A stretch of 64,000 nucleotides of DNA from an uncultured Alloscardovia sp. (lineage in GTDB: Bacteria > Actinomycetota > Actinomycetes > Actinomycetales > Bifidobacteriaceae), in NCBI GenBank assembly GCA_963545565.1, contig CAUUJV010000009.1, positions 1,593-65,592 on the forward strand, read 5' to 3'. This document shows positions 31,977 through 39,985 of this stretch, in pieces. Within the stretch, counting starts at the first letter, position 1. Each line of letters opens with the position of its first letter. Position numbers and translations under genes: made by a program. The notes beneath the pieces are model-generated. The model searched no databases. It had not been told where the DNA came from and worked only from the letters and a program-made list of their open reading frames with translations.

Positions 31977-32792
31977 TTACTTATTGTTAGAACTAGCTGC
32001 TTGAGCATACTTCAACGACTGCATGGTTGATGTTGCCTTAGCAAACTTGAGGGTCGAAACCTTTTGAACGTCCCATCCAAGGCCGTCAGCTTCCACATAC
32101 TGCTTGTACACTGTGATTGCTTCGGAATCATTGAGTGCATTGATGAGCTTTGTTTGGCTGCCGATTGCTGAAATTTTATATGGAGGAGCATACTGTTTTC
32201 CCTCCAGCGACAACACATTTCCTACGCACCGCACAGCTGTGGTGGGAAGCACTCGCTGGCCTTCAATGGTCATAGCTTCTGCTCCTCCTGCCCATAATGC
32301 ATTAACAACAGCTTCAATATCTTGCTGATGCACAACGTAATCATTGACATTAATGGAATTTGAGTCAGATTCACTCACTTGTTTCCACTGGGGGGAATCA
32401 TCGAGAGTGACCGTTACACCAGGGCCAGTAAGTGCCGGCAAAACCGTAGTAGCAGAGGAATTGGAAGAGGCCGAATCATCGGAAGCGCTGCCTGAATTAT
32501 TGCCAACGACCTCTTTAAGCACATTTATCTGCTCAGTTAAACTTTTAATTTCTTTATGTAGCTCAGAAACTCGCTCAGATCTGCGAGCAATCACACCTTC
32601 CACATTTGTTGGACTAGATTGTTCACCATTTATTTGTTGATTTGCCACAATGATTATGCCAACAAGTGCAAAGACGATGAAAGTAACGACGGAGTCTCGC
32701 ATATAATGATGTTTCTTAGATGATCGACGATGTTCTCCAGACGTAGTTTTTTGTGCAGAACGTGAATTTTTACGCACCATTGTGAGACTCAC
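31977..32792 (-). CDS. DUF881-family membrane protein (Rv0012-like, division-cluster associated)
   Basis: N-terminal TM segment and a coiled-coil region. Conserved DUF881 blocks LTGPGVTVTLDD and WAGGAEAMTIEGQRV are present, and synteny next to crgA is conserved. Confidence 0.8.
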   Translation of the reverse strand: MSLTMVRKNSRSAQKTTSGEHRRSSKKHHYMRDSVVTFIVFALVGIIIVANQQINGEQSSPTNVEGVIARRSERVSELHKEIKSLTEQINVLKEVVGNNSGSASDDSASSNSSATTVLPALTGPGVTVTLDDSPQWKQVSESDSNSINVNDYVVHQQDIEAVVNALWAGGAEAMTIEGQRVLPTTAVRCVGNVLSLEGKQYAPPYKISAIGSQTKLINALNDSEAITVYKQYVEADGLGWDVQKVSTLKFAKATSTMQSLKYAQAASSNNK

Positions 32793-32865
32793 CCTCCTTT
32801 CTATTCGATTCTCTCCACATTAATCGTTACTATGACTTATAGCTATTATCTTAAAGGAGAAATTC

Positions 32866-33447
32866 ATGGCCGATCAGGACCGCAACATCACAACTGATGA
32901 GGAACTGATTGACGAAGACAAGGCAACGACTACGGATGCAACTGCAGACGCTACAGAAAATGCCGAATCTGCCGTCAACGAAGTTACTCAGGAATCTGAG
33001 GGTGCAGCAGACAGCGCTGAAACCGAAGATGACGCGGAAAATTCCGACCCAAAGCATGCTGCTCCAAAAGCAAGTAAGAAGTCTAGGGGCGGGCTCTTCG
33101 GCAAGAAAAAGAATGTGGAGCCTGTAGAGGAGTCTGAGGCAGCAAGAGAAGCTGCAAAGCTTTTGGCTGAAGGCTTGAACGAAGATAATCTCAACCCAAA
33201 TATGAAGCGCATTGTTAAGAAGCAGGCTGAAGAAACTCGACGCGTTGAGAAGTCAATCGAGAATACAAAGTCTAATCCTGCGTGGCTTGTACCTCTCTTC
33301 TGCTTCTTCCTTCTGCTCGGCTTGGCTTGGGTAGTTGTGTATTATCTCAGCGGAAGCTATCCGATTCCGAATATCGGTGCTTGGAACTTGGCGATTGGTT
33401 TCGCAATCATGTTCCTTGGCTTCATCATGTCAATGTGGTGGCGCTAA
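32866..33447 (+). CDS. crgA: Cell-division protein CrgA with a ~130-aa acidic N-terminal extension
   Basis: The C-terminal 60 aa (NPAWLVPLFCFFLLLGLAWVVVYYLSG..PIPNIGAWNLAIGFAIMFLGFIMSMWWR) form the characteristic two-TM CrgA core. Confidence 0.85.
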   Translation: MADQDRNITTDEELIDEDKATTTDATADATENAESAVNEVTQESEGAADSAETEDDAENSDPKHAAPKASKKSRGGLFGKKKNVEPVEESEAAREAAKLLAEGLNEDNLNPNMKRIVKKQAEETRRVEKSIENTKSNPAWLVPLFCFFLLLGLAWVVVYYLSGSYPIPNIGAWNLAIGFAIMFLGFIMSMWWR

Positions 33448-33502
33448 GCCTTACTGACAGCCGTGCACACCACGGGTGTTTGCACATATACTTTCGCATA
33501 TG

Positions 33503-33529
33503 AAAAGCCCTCCACTAAGAGGGCTTTTT
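33503..33529 (+). terminator. Intrinsic terminator of crgA
   Basis: AAAAGCCCTC-cactaa-GAGGGCTTTTT. Confidence 0.8.
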
Positions 33530-33562
33530 GCGTACTATCTCAAAACTGTCTATCTAGAATAG

Positions 33563-33583
33563 TTATCCACATTCTTATCCACA
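33563..33583 (+). promoter_or_regulatory. Two perfect DnaA-box 9-mers (TTATCCACA) in direct orientation, 12 bp apart. A third 8/9 copy (CTATCCACA) lies at 33663-33671.
   Basis: Exact matches read at 33563-33571 and 33575-33583. They lie between the 3' ends of convergent crgA and the rhomboid gene. Confidence 0.6.
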
Positions 33584-33609
33584 CTAGTGAACAAATTACA
33601 CGCATGTAA

Positions 33610-34476
33610 TTAGCCCAGAACAGACAGCAAAGAAACCGCTGGGGCTTGAGTCCACATTACAGCTATCCACACGGCGAGAAGCACAATGGTAACTATTGAG
33701 TCATAAAGTGCCATTCTAAAACCAATACTCTTACCTCGTAATTGAGGAATGCCCTGCATCATGAGCCATGAAATCAATCCCCCAGCAAGAAAACCACCCA
33801 CATGAGCCTGCCATGCGATATTGGTAAAAATAGCTGGCATTATAAAAAGGATTACGAGAAAAATAATTACTGATGTTCTCTGTTGGGTTCCTACCTTTCG
33901 CTGCGCAATAAGAAGAGCTGCGAATAATCCGAAAATTGCACCAGAAGCGCCGTACATAATGGATTGACTCTGATTCTGAGCAAAAAGCACCCAATAAAGT
34001 TCGTAAAAGATGCCGCCGGCAATTCCGCTGGCAAGAAAAAGCCCTAAGAATGGCCAGTGCCCAAGCATTTTTTCAAGAATCGACCCCACGCTCCACAGCA
34101 CAAGCATATTCATCAATATATGAAGGAAGCCTGCGTGGAAGAAAATATGCGTTACGAGCGTCCACGGGAGGTAGCGCCCTACAACGGGATAGATACCTGT
34201 AAACACCATAAATCGCGTGTATATATGTGGGAAAAATTGTAAGAAAATCTGCACAATCCACATGGCAACACAAATCGTTACGAGGAATCGCGTAACAACG
34301 GGTTCATTCATATTCCACTCATTGCGTAAGCGGTTCTTAAACATGCGGCGATTATTTTCGCGCCTACGCTTGCGCTCTTCTTTACTCTCCTGAGGAACAC
34401 TGCCCGGGCGAGGAAAAGGATTGCCATTTGAACTTCCATAGCCATAACTCATAGCAATTACTTTATTAGACATCAC
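33610..34476 (-). CDS. Rhomboid-family intramembrane serine protease
   Basis: HILMNML, catalytic GASGAIFGL and AHVGGFLAG motifs with six or more TM segments. The start is uncertain (34476 or 34452). Confidence 0.9.
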   Translation of the reverse strand: MMSNKVIAMSYGYGSSNGNPFPRPGSVPQESKEERKRRRENNRRMFKNRLRNEWNMNEPVVTRFLVTICVAMWIVQIFLQFFPHIYTRFMVFTGIYPVVGRYLPWTLVTHIFFHAGFLHILMNMLVLWSVGSILEKMLGHWPFLGLFLASGIAGGIFYELYWVLFAQNQSQSIMYGASGAIFGLFAALLIAQRKVGTQQRTSVIIFLVILFIMPAIFTNIAWQAHVGGFLAGGLISWLMMQGIPQLRGKSIGFRMALYDSIVTIVLLAVWIAVMWTQAPAVSLLSVLG

Positions 34477-34664
34477 TAAGCTTCGCTACTTTATGCGCAG
34501 AAAGCATCACGACGCGATCTTGATTTCTGGTAAATTTCAGAAGAACCTCGGATTTCCTCAGAGTTTCTTCAGGTTTTCACACCAAAAAGCCACAAGTTAC
34601 AGCTAGAATAAAATTATGTGTCTGCATGGGTAACATGCAGCAAAACCTACCGAAAGGAGCCAAT

Positions 34665-34925
34665 ATGGAGAATAGGTCTGGAGGCGGCTGGAAGTTCTTC
34701 GCACTTCTCTTCGGCGCCCTACTTGCAGGTCTCGCCGTTGCCTACGTCTACAAGCAGCAGAACCCTGAGTATGACCCATGGGAAGAACCATGGGAGAACA
34801 GCTCTTCACCAGTTGAGTTCGACACTTCTGACGTAGAAGCATCTGAAGAAGCTGATAGTGCAGATGAAGCAAAAACTGTAGAAGACTCTGACGAGGCTGC
34901 TGAAACTGCAACCGCTACAGCATAA
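34665..34925 (+). CDS. Small single-TM protein with an acidic C-terminal tail (function unknown)
   Basis: Strong SD GAAAGGAG lies 5 nt before the ATG at 34665. One TM segment (WKFFALLFGALLAGLAVAYVY) is followed by a D/E-rich tail. The tracked ORF begins at 34626. Confidence 0.6.
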   Translation: MENRSGGGWKFFALLFGALLAGLAVAYVYKQQNPEYDPWEEPWENSSSPVEFDTSDVEASEEADSADEAKTVEDSDEAAETATATA

Positions 34926-34928
34926 GCT

Positions 34929-34976
34929 GGGCGTTGCCTAACAAGGGCGTTGCTCAATAGGGGCATTGCCCGATAG
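34929..34976. repeat. 3 x 16-bp tandem repeat (GGGCGTTGCCTAACAA / GGGCGTTGCTCAATAG / GGGCATTGCCCGATAG)
   Basis: Read directly from the sequence. It starts 4 nt after the stop of the small membrane-protein gene. Unit 3 contains the palindrome GGGCA-T-TGCCC. Confidence 0.8.
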
Positions 34977-35012
34977 AAGTCTACAAAGTTTAATAATTTA
35001 AAATTTAATAGT

Positions 35013-35046
35013 AAAGGCTAGGATCCATCGAAGGTTCCTAGCCTTT
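35013..35046. terminator. Bidirectional hairpin between the small membrane-protein gene and glgP
   Basis: AAAGGCTAGGA-12 nt-TCCTAGCCTTT. Confidence 0.7.
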
Positions 35047-35078
35047 GCTAATTGGTTGATTAGTTACGCTTTATCGCT

Positions 35079-37544
35079 TTAGCGAGGCAATGGGCCTGTT
35101 CCCCAAATGCGCTCCAAGTAATCTTCAATGGAACGATCTGAGCTGAAGTAGCCAGAGTTTGCCACATTAAGCAGAGCCCTACGAGCCCACTCATGTTCGT
35201 CAGCATAGAGTGTCTCAATCTCAGACTGAATATCCATGTAAGAACCAAAATCTGCCAAGGTCATGAAGTAATCCTTAGACAGCCAATCCTTCACAAGATT
35301 CTCGTAAGCACTCTTATCTCCATCAGCGAAGGTGCCATCGGCAACCATATCAATTGCTTGGCTCAGGCGAGGATCGGCTTCATAGTAATCACGAGAAAGA
35401 CCCTTGTCATAACCCTCAGCATAGAGTGCTTCGACTTCGTCAACGGTCATACCAAAGAGGAAGAAGTTCTCTGCCCCCACACGCTCACGAATCTCAACAT
35501 TTGCACCATCAAGAGTACCAACAGTCAAAGCACCATTCAAGGCAAACTTCATATTACCTGTGCCGGATGCTTCCTTGCCAGCCTGAGAAATCTGCTCATC
35601 GAGGTCTGTTGCAGGAATCAAATTGCTTGCAAGTTCGATGTTGTAGTTTGGCGGGAAGAGCACATTGAGGTTTCCGTCTACCTCAGGATCGTTGTTAATT
35701 ACGCGGGAAACATTGTTGATCAAGCGAATGGTTTCCTTTGCAAGAGCATATCCAGGAGCTGCTTTTGCACCAAAGACAACCGTGCGAGGTGTGATATCTG
35801 ACGCATTGACCTTGCCTGACTTAATATCTGCATACTGAGAAATAACAGCAAGAATCTTCAACGACTGGCGCTTATACTCGTGCAAACGCTTCACCATGGA
35901 GTTGATCATGGTGTTAGGGTCAACATCGAAACCATAACGACGCTTTGCGAAGTTAGAGAAATCACGCTTGTTAGCCTTTTTCACCTCAGCGAAACGGTCA
36001 ACAAACTGTGCATCTTCAGCCAATGGGATCAAACCTTCGAGCTGAGAAAGATCAGAAATCCATGAATCCGTGCCTAAGCCCTCAGTAATAAGAGCAGCAA
36101 GGCGTGGGTTTGCAAGGCGTACGAAGCGGCGAGGCGTCACACCATTGGTCACATTAGTGAACTTAGTCGGGAACACATCACTGAAGTCCTTCAATGTGAC
36201 GTCCTTAAGCAGCTGAGAATGCAGCTCTGCAACGCCGTTAACGTGCGATCCACCAGCTGTTGCGAGGAAGGCCATGCGTACCTGTGGATTTGATCCAGTG
36301 GTCATAACGCGCATACGCTCAATCTGATCTGCAGCGACATTCTTGTGCTCAAGCTGTTCCACGAATTTCTTATCAATAAGCTTGATAATTTCAAGATGAC
36401 GAGGAAGAAGCTCGCCAATAAGCTGTGCTGACCACACTTCCAAAGCTTCAGGGAGCAAAGTATGGCATGTGTAATTGAAGCAGCGAGTGGTGATGTCCCA
36501 CGCAGTGTCCCAACCATAGTCGTATTCGTCCATAAGAATGCGCATAAGCTCTGGAATACCAATAACTGGATGAGTGTCGTTGAGCTGGAACACAATCTTG
36601 TTTGGCAAAGTAGTCAAGTCAGGATGCTCTTCAGCACCATAGAAAGTACGGATTGCATCGCGAATAGAAGCAGAAACGAAGAAGTACTGCTGCTGCAAAC
36701 GCAAGGACTTGCCCTGAGGAGTTGAATCTTCTGGGTAAAGAATCTTGGTGATAGTTTCTGCTTTCACCTGTTCCTTAACTGCACCCTCATAATCGCTCTT
36801 ATTGAAGGTGAGCAAGTCGAACTCATCGAGAGCCTTAGCCGTCCACAAGCGCAAAGTGTTGACTCGGCGAGATTCATATCCAGGAACCATGTAGTCCACA
36901 GGAACTGCGCGAACGCCCCAAGAAGGCTCCCACACGCGCTTACCGTTCTTTTCAACAACGGTGCCGCCGAAGTTTACCTGCTGAGCACGGTTATAATCAG
37001 TGTGCCCCCAAGGATTTTCCTCAGTTAGCCAGTAATCAGGGCGTTCAATTTGGTTGCCTTTTTCATCAAACTCTTGCTTGAAAATGCCATACTGATACTG
37101 AATGCCATATCCAAAAGCAGGCACACCAAGGGATGCAAGAGAATCAATAAAACAAGCTGCGAGACGGCCTAAGCCACCGTTACCCAAACCTGGCTCATAC
37201 TCTGCGTCGATAACGTCTTGAGGCTCAAAGCCTAACTCGCGCACTGCAGTGTTGAACTGATCGGTAAGACGAGCATTGAGAAGAGCATTTTCGAGCTGCT
37301 TACCCATAAGGAACTCTGCACTCAGATAGCCCACTGCCTTTGTGGAACCCTCAAGCATATCTGCCTTAGTGCTGGTCCATGAGCCCATAAGATGCTTGCG
37401 AACAGCCAGTGACGCTGCGACATAAACATCTTTAACAGTTGCCTCGCTGACTGTTACACCCTGATGATAGGTAAGCTGATCTGTGATTTCTGCAATGAAA
37501 TCAGAAGCAGAAACAGTGCTGTCAGTTGCATTATTTTGAGTCAT
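35079..37544 (-). CDS. glgP: Glycogen/maltodextrin phosphorylase
   Basis: Full-length GT35 similarity including the PLP site EASGTGNMKFALNGA. The start is set at MTQNNATD, preceded by AGGAAAG. The tracked ORF extends to 37616. Confidence 0.95.
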   Translation of the reverse strand: MTQNNATDSTVSASDFIAEITDQLTYHQGVTVSEATVKDVYVAASLAVRKHLMGSWTSTKADMLEGSTKAVGYLSAEFLMGKQLENALLNARLTDQFNTAVRELGFEPQDVIDAEYEPGLGNGGLGRLAACFIDSLASLGVPAFGYGIQYQYGIFKQEFDEKGNQIERPDYWLTEENPWGHTDYNRAQQVNFGGTVVEKNGKRVWEPSWGVRAVPVDYMVPGYESRRVNTLRLWTAKALDEFDLLTFNKSDYEGAVKEQVKAETITKILYPEDSTPQGKSLRLQQQYFFVSASIRDAIRTFYGAEEHPDLTTLPNKIVFQLNDTHPVIGIPELMRILMDEYDYGWDTAWDITTRCFNYTCHTLLPEALEVWSAQLIGELLPRHLEIIKLIDKKFVEQLEHKNVAADQIERMRVMTTGSNPQVRMAFLATAGGSHVNGVAELHSQLLKDVTLKDFSDVFPTKFTNVTNGVTPRRFVRLANPRLAALITEGLGTDSWISDLSQLEGLIPLAEDAQFVDRFAEVKKANKRDFSNFAKRRYGFDVDPNTMINSMVKRLHEYKRQSLKILAVISQYADIKSGKVNASDITPRTVVFGAKAAPGYALAKETIRLINNVSRVINNDPEVDGNLNVLFPPNYNIELASNLIPATDLDEQISQAGKEASGTGNMKFALNGALTVGTLDGANVEIRERVGAENFFLFGMTVDEVEALYAEGYDKGLSRDYYEADPRLSQAIDMVADGTFADGDKSAYENLVKDWLSKDYFMTLADFGSYMDIQSEIETLYADEHEWARRALLNVANSGYFSSDRSIEDYLERIWGTGPLPR

Positions 37545-37745
37545 AGAAACTCTTTCCTGTGTGTACTGTGTGTACTGTGCAGTAACCATTATGCATTGAA
37601 ATCTGGAAATTTGCACGTTCTAACGTATGTTTTCCCCGTTTCCAAGATTTTTCAAGGGAAACTCCTGCATAATTTCTGTGCTCGAATTTTATGTTCTGCT
37701 ATGCGCTGAGCTGTACCACGATGCGTTGAGTGCAAGAATGGTGAT

Positions 37746-38162
37746 ATGGCAATTATTAAGCAAAGTGACATTATGGCTGGTGAGAATGCTCTGCGAGAAT
37801 GGAAAAACAAGGCGGAACTGCTCATAGGTGACGGCGAGAATGCCTCGACTATCAATCCGCCTATGACTCGTAGTAATCGCGCTATGGCAGTGCGTTATTC
37901 ACTTTATATGACGACTATTGCTTGCCCGGGTGACGGCGTAGAACTACGCGTTGCTCCATATGCTGCCGTAAAAATTCTTGAAGGCCCCAAGTCAGACCCT
38001 CACAACCTCACTCCCCCAGACGTCATCGAGCTTGCACCTGACGTGTGGCTGCGAATGGTCTGCGGATTTACCACATGGTCTGATGAACGAGCAGCCGGTA
38101 ACATCACGGCAGTAGGCGAACGTGACGACCTCTCGCCATATTTGCCATTACCAATCGACTAA
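37746..38162 (+). CDS. Small conserved actinobacterial protein, SCP2 / sterol-carrier-like family (tentative)
   Basis: 138-aa soluble protein. The family assignment is from recollection of similar proteins in bifidobacterial genomes and is not motif-proven. Confidence 0.45.
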   Translation: MAIIKQSDIMAGENALREWKNKAELLIGDGENASTINPPMTRSNRAMAVRYSLYMTTIACPGDGVELRVAPYAAVKILEGPKSDPHNLTPPDVIELAPDVWLRMVCGFTTWSDERAAGNITAVGERDDLSPYLPLPID

Positions 38163-38206
38163 GCTGTTAGCCTAGGTTTGATGAGGCTAGATTTAATGGC
38201 TTAGAT

Positions 38207-39298
38207 TTAGTACTTCATTCCCATTGCTTCGCGAACCTGCTCAAGAGTTTCCTCAGCGATTGCATTAGCCTTTTTGTTGCCGTCATGCAGAATATCGCGG
38301 ATAGAATCCATGTCTTTAGCAAGTTCTTCTCGGCGCTCACGATGAGGAGCGAGGAAGTTGTTCACAGATTCAATAACGTAAGCCTTAAGAGCCCCTGCAC
38401 CAGATTCACCAATTTCTGAAGCAATGTCCTTTGGATCACGGCCAGTCACAAGCCCAGCAGTGGTAAGCAAGGCGGAAACTTGTGGGCGATTAACTGGATC
38501 AAATGTGATGTTGCGATCAGAATCCGTGGGGCTCTTCTTAATAAGCTTCGCAGTCCCAGCAGCCGTTGCGCCAAGCATGATGGAATTACCGTAAGATTTG
38601 CTCATTTTACGGCCATCAAGCCCAGGGATTTCAGGAGCATCAGACAGAATCGCTGATGGCTCTGGAAACACGGGATTTTTCTTGGCATATCGTTCATTGA
38701 AACGACGAGCTATAGTACGGGTAATTTCAACGTGTGGAAGATTATCTTTACCGATAGGAACTACATTTGCCTTGCAGAACAGAATGTCACAAGCCTGATG
38801 AATCGGATAGGTCAACAGCAAGCCAGTCAAAGCATGGCCAGAAGCTTCCATTTCAGACTTCACAGTCGGATTACGATGAAGCTCAGCCTCAGTGACTAAA
38901 GAAAGGAATGGGAGCATCAACTGATTCTCAGCAGGAACAGCAGAGTGGGTAAAAATCATGGTCTTGCTTGGATCAATCCCCGCAGCCAAGTAATCAAGCA
39001 CAAGATTCAAAACATTATCTTCAATATGCTCAGTAGTATCTCGATCTGTAATTACCTGATAATCAGCAATGATGATATTGGTATTCACACCGCGATTTTG
39101 CATTGCTACACGCTCTTTAATAGAGCCGAAATAATGCCCCAAATGCAAACGCCCCGTAGGACGATCGCCTGTGAGCATAGTGAAAGCAGAAGGATTTTTC
39201 TCAAGTTTTGCAAAAGTCGCATCAGAACGCTTTTGTGCCGCCAAAAAACTTGCGCTCAGCTCATTTCCAGCTGCAGTTACTTGCTGCTCATCAGCCAT
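38207..39298 (-). CDS. trpS: Tryptophan--tRNA ligase
   Basis: HIGH-type motif (RLHLGHYFG) and KMSKS. The start is set at MADEQQV. The tracked ORF extends to 39367. Confidence 0.95.
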   Translation of the reverse strand: MADEQQVTAAGNELSASFLAAQKRSDATFAKLEKNPSAFTMLTGDRPTGRLHLGHYFGSIKERVAMQNRGVNTNIIIADYQVITDRDTTEHIEDNVLNLVLDYLAAGIDPSKTMIFTHSAVPAENQLMLPFLSLVTEAELHRNPTVKSEMEASGHALTGLLLTYPIHQACDILFCKANVVPIGKDNLPHVEITRTIARRFNERYAKKNPVFPEPSAILSDAPEIPGLDGRKMSKSYGNSIMLGATAAGTAKLIKKSPTDSDRNITFDPVNRPQVSALLTTAGLVTGRDPKDIASEIGESGAGALKAYVIESVNNFLAPHRERREELAKDMDSIRDILHDGNKKANAIAEETLEQVREAMGMKY

Positions 39299-39442
39299 TT
39301 TGCACCCTGCCTCTACACAAAAAATTGAAGAAATTGTTGGTCTCATGGTAAAAGTTTCAGCCGACAAGCTCTAGTCGTGGTATCCTACTTTGTGGTGAAT
39401 TGGAAACTCGTGTAATCACGCTGAAATCAGCGAGGGGGTCAG

Positions 39443-39862
39443 ATGGGCCGCGGACGTCAGAAAGCAAAGCAAACAAAGATAGCCCGTAAGCTCAAGTATC
39501 TAACGACTGATACGGATTATGACGAGCTCGCCAAAGAATTATCTACTCATGATGATGAGAATTTTGAATCTGTGGATGATTTTAATGGCGCCGACACGCC
39601 CGAGAGCAGAGAAACTTCACAAGCAGAATACGATGCCGAGAATAAGACTGAGGGCGAAGATAAAGGCGAGGTAAAAAAGTCCGAAGAGCTCAATGAGGAA
39701 GAACTCAACGAACTCGATGAGTACGCTCAGTGGGCTGCAGAAGCTGCAAAACGAGCAGAAGAACAACAGCCAGCTAAGAAAGCCGCTCCGCACAAGCCAT
39801 TCCCTATGCCCTTCTCTGGCGTAAAGTCAAAGTCAGAGCCAAAGCCGAAGAGCGCAGAATAG
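39443..39862 (+). CDS. DUF3073-family protein
   Basis: The characteristic N-terminus MGRGRQKAKQTKIARKLKY is followed by an acidic low-complexity region. Confidence 0.75.
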   Translation: MGRGRQKAKQTKIARKLKYLTTDTDYDELAKELSTHDDENFESVDDFNGADTPESRETSQAEYDAENKTEGEDKGEVKKSEELNEEELNELDEYAQWAAEAAKRAEEQQPAKKAAPHKPFPMPFSGVKSKSEPKPKSAE

Positions 39863-39985
39863 AAAAGCACTCTTTTCGCCTTTATTTTGTTTTCATAGCA
39901 CTCTCGTTTTCCCGATCAATCTGTTCGAGAAAGTGAGAGTGTAAATACATGAATACATGAATTCAAAGTATTAAAATTCAAAATA

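Noticed and set aside
33541-33609. Considered whether the DnaA-box pair marks the chromosomal origin (oriC).
   Set aside because: There is no dnaA, dnaN or rpmH nearby, only two or three boxes are present, and I recognise no AT-rich 13-mer-type unwinding element. It is reported as a non-origin DnaA-box cluster instead.
34929-34976. Checked the tandem arrays (34929-34976, 54202-54253, 44691-44834, 47143-47170) for CRISPR-like organisation.
   Set aside because: The units are 8-16 bp and directly abutting with no unique spacers, and no cas genes are present. These are simple tandem repeats, not CRISPR.
39299-39442. Possible T-box or Trp leader upstream of trpS.
   Set aside because: The leader is only ~140 nt and is shared with the divergent DUF3073 promoter. 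I see no specifier loop, no T-box sequence (AANNNGGGTGGTACCGCG-like), no Trp-codon-rich mini-ORF and no terminator.
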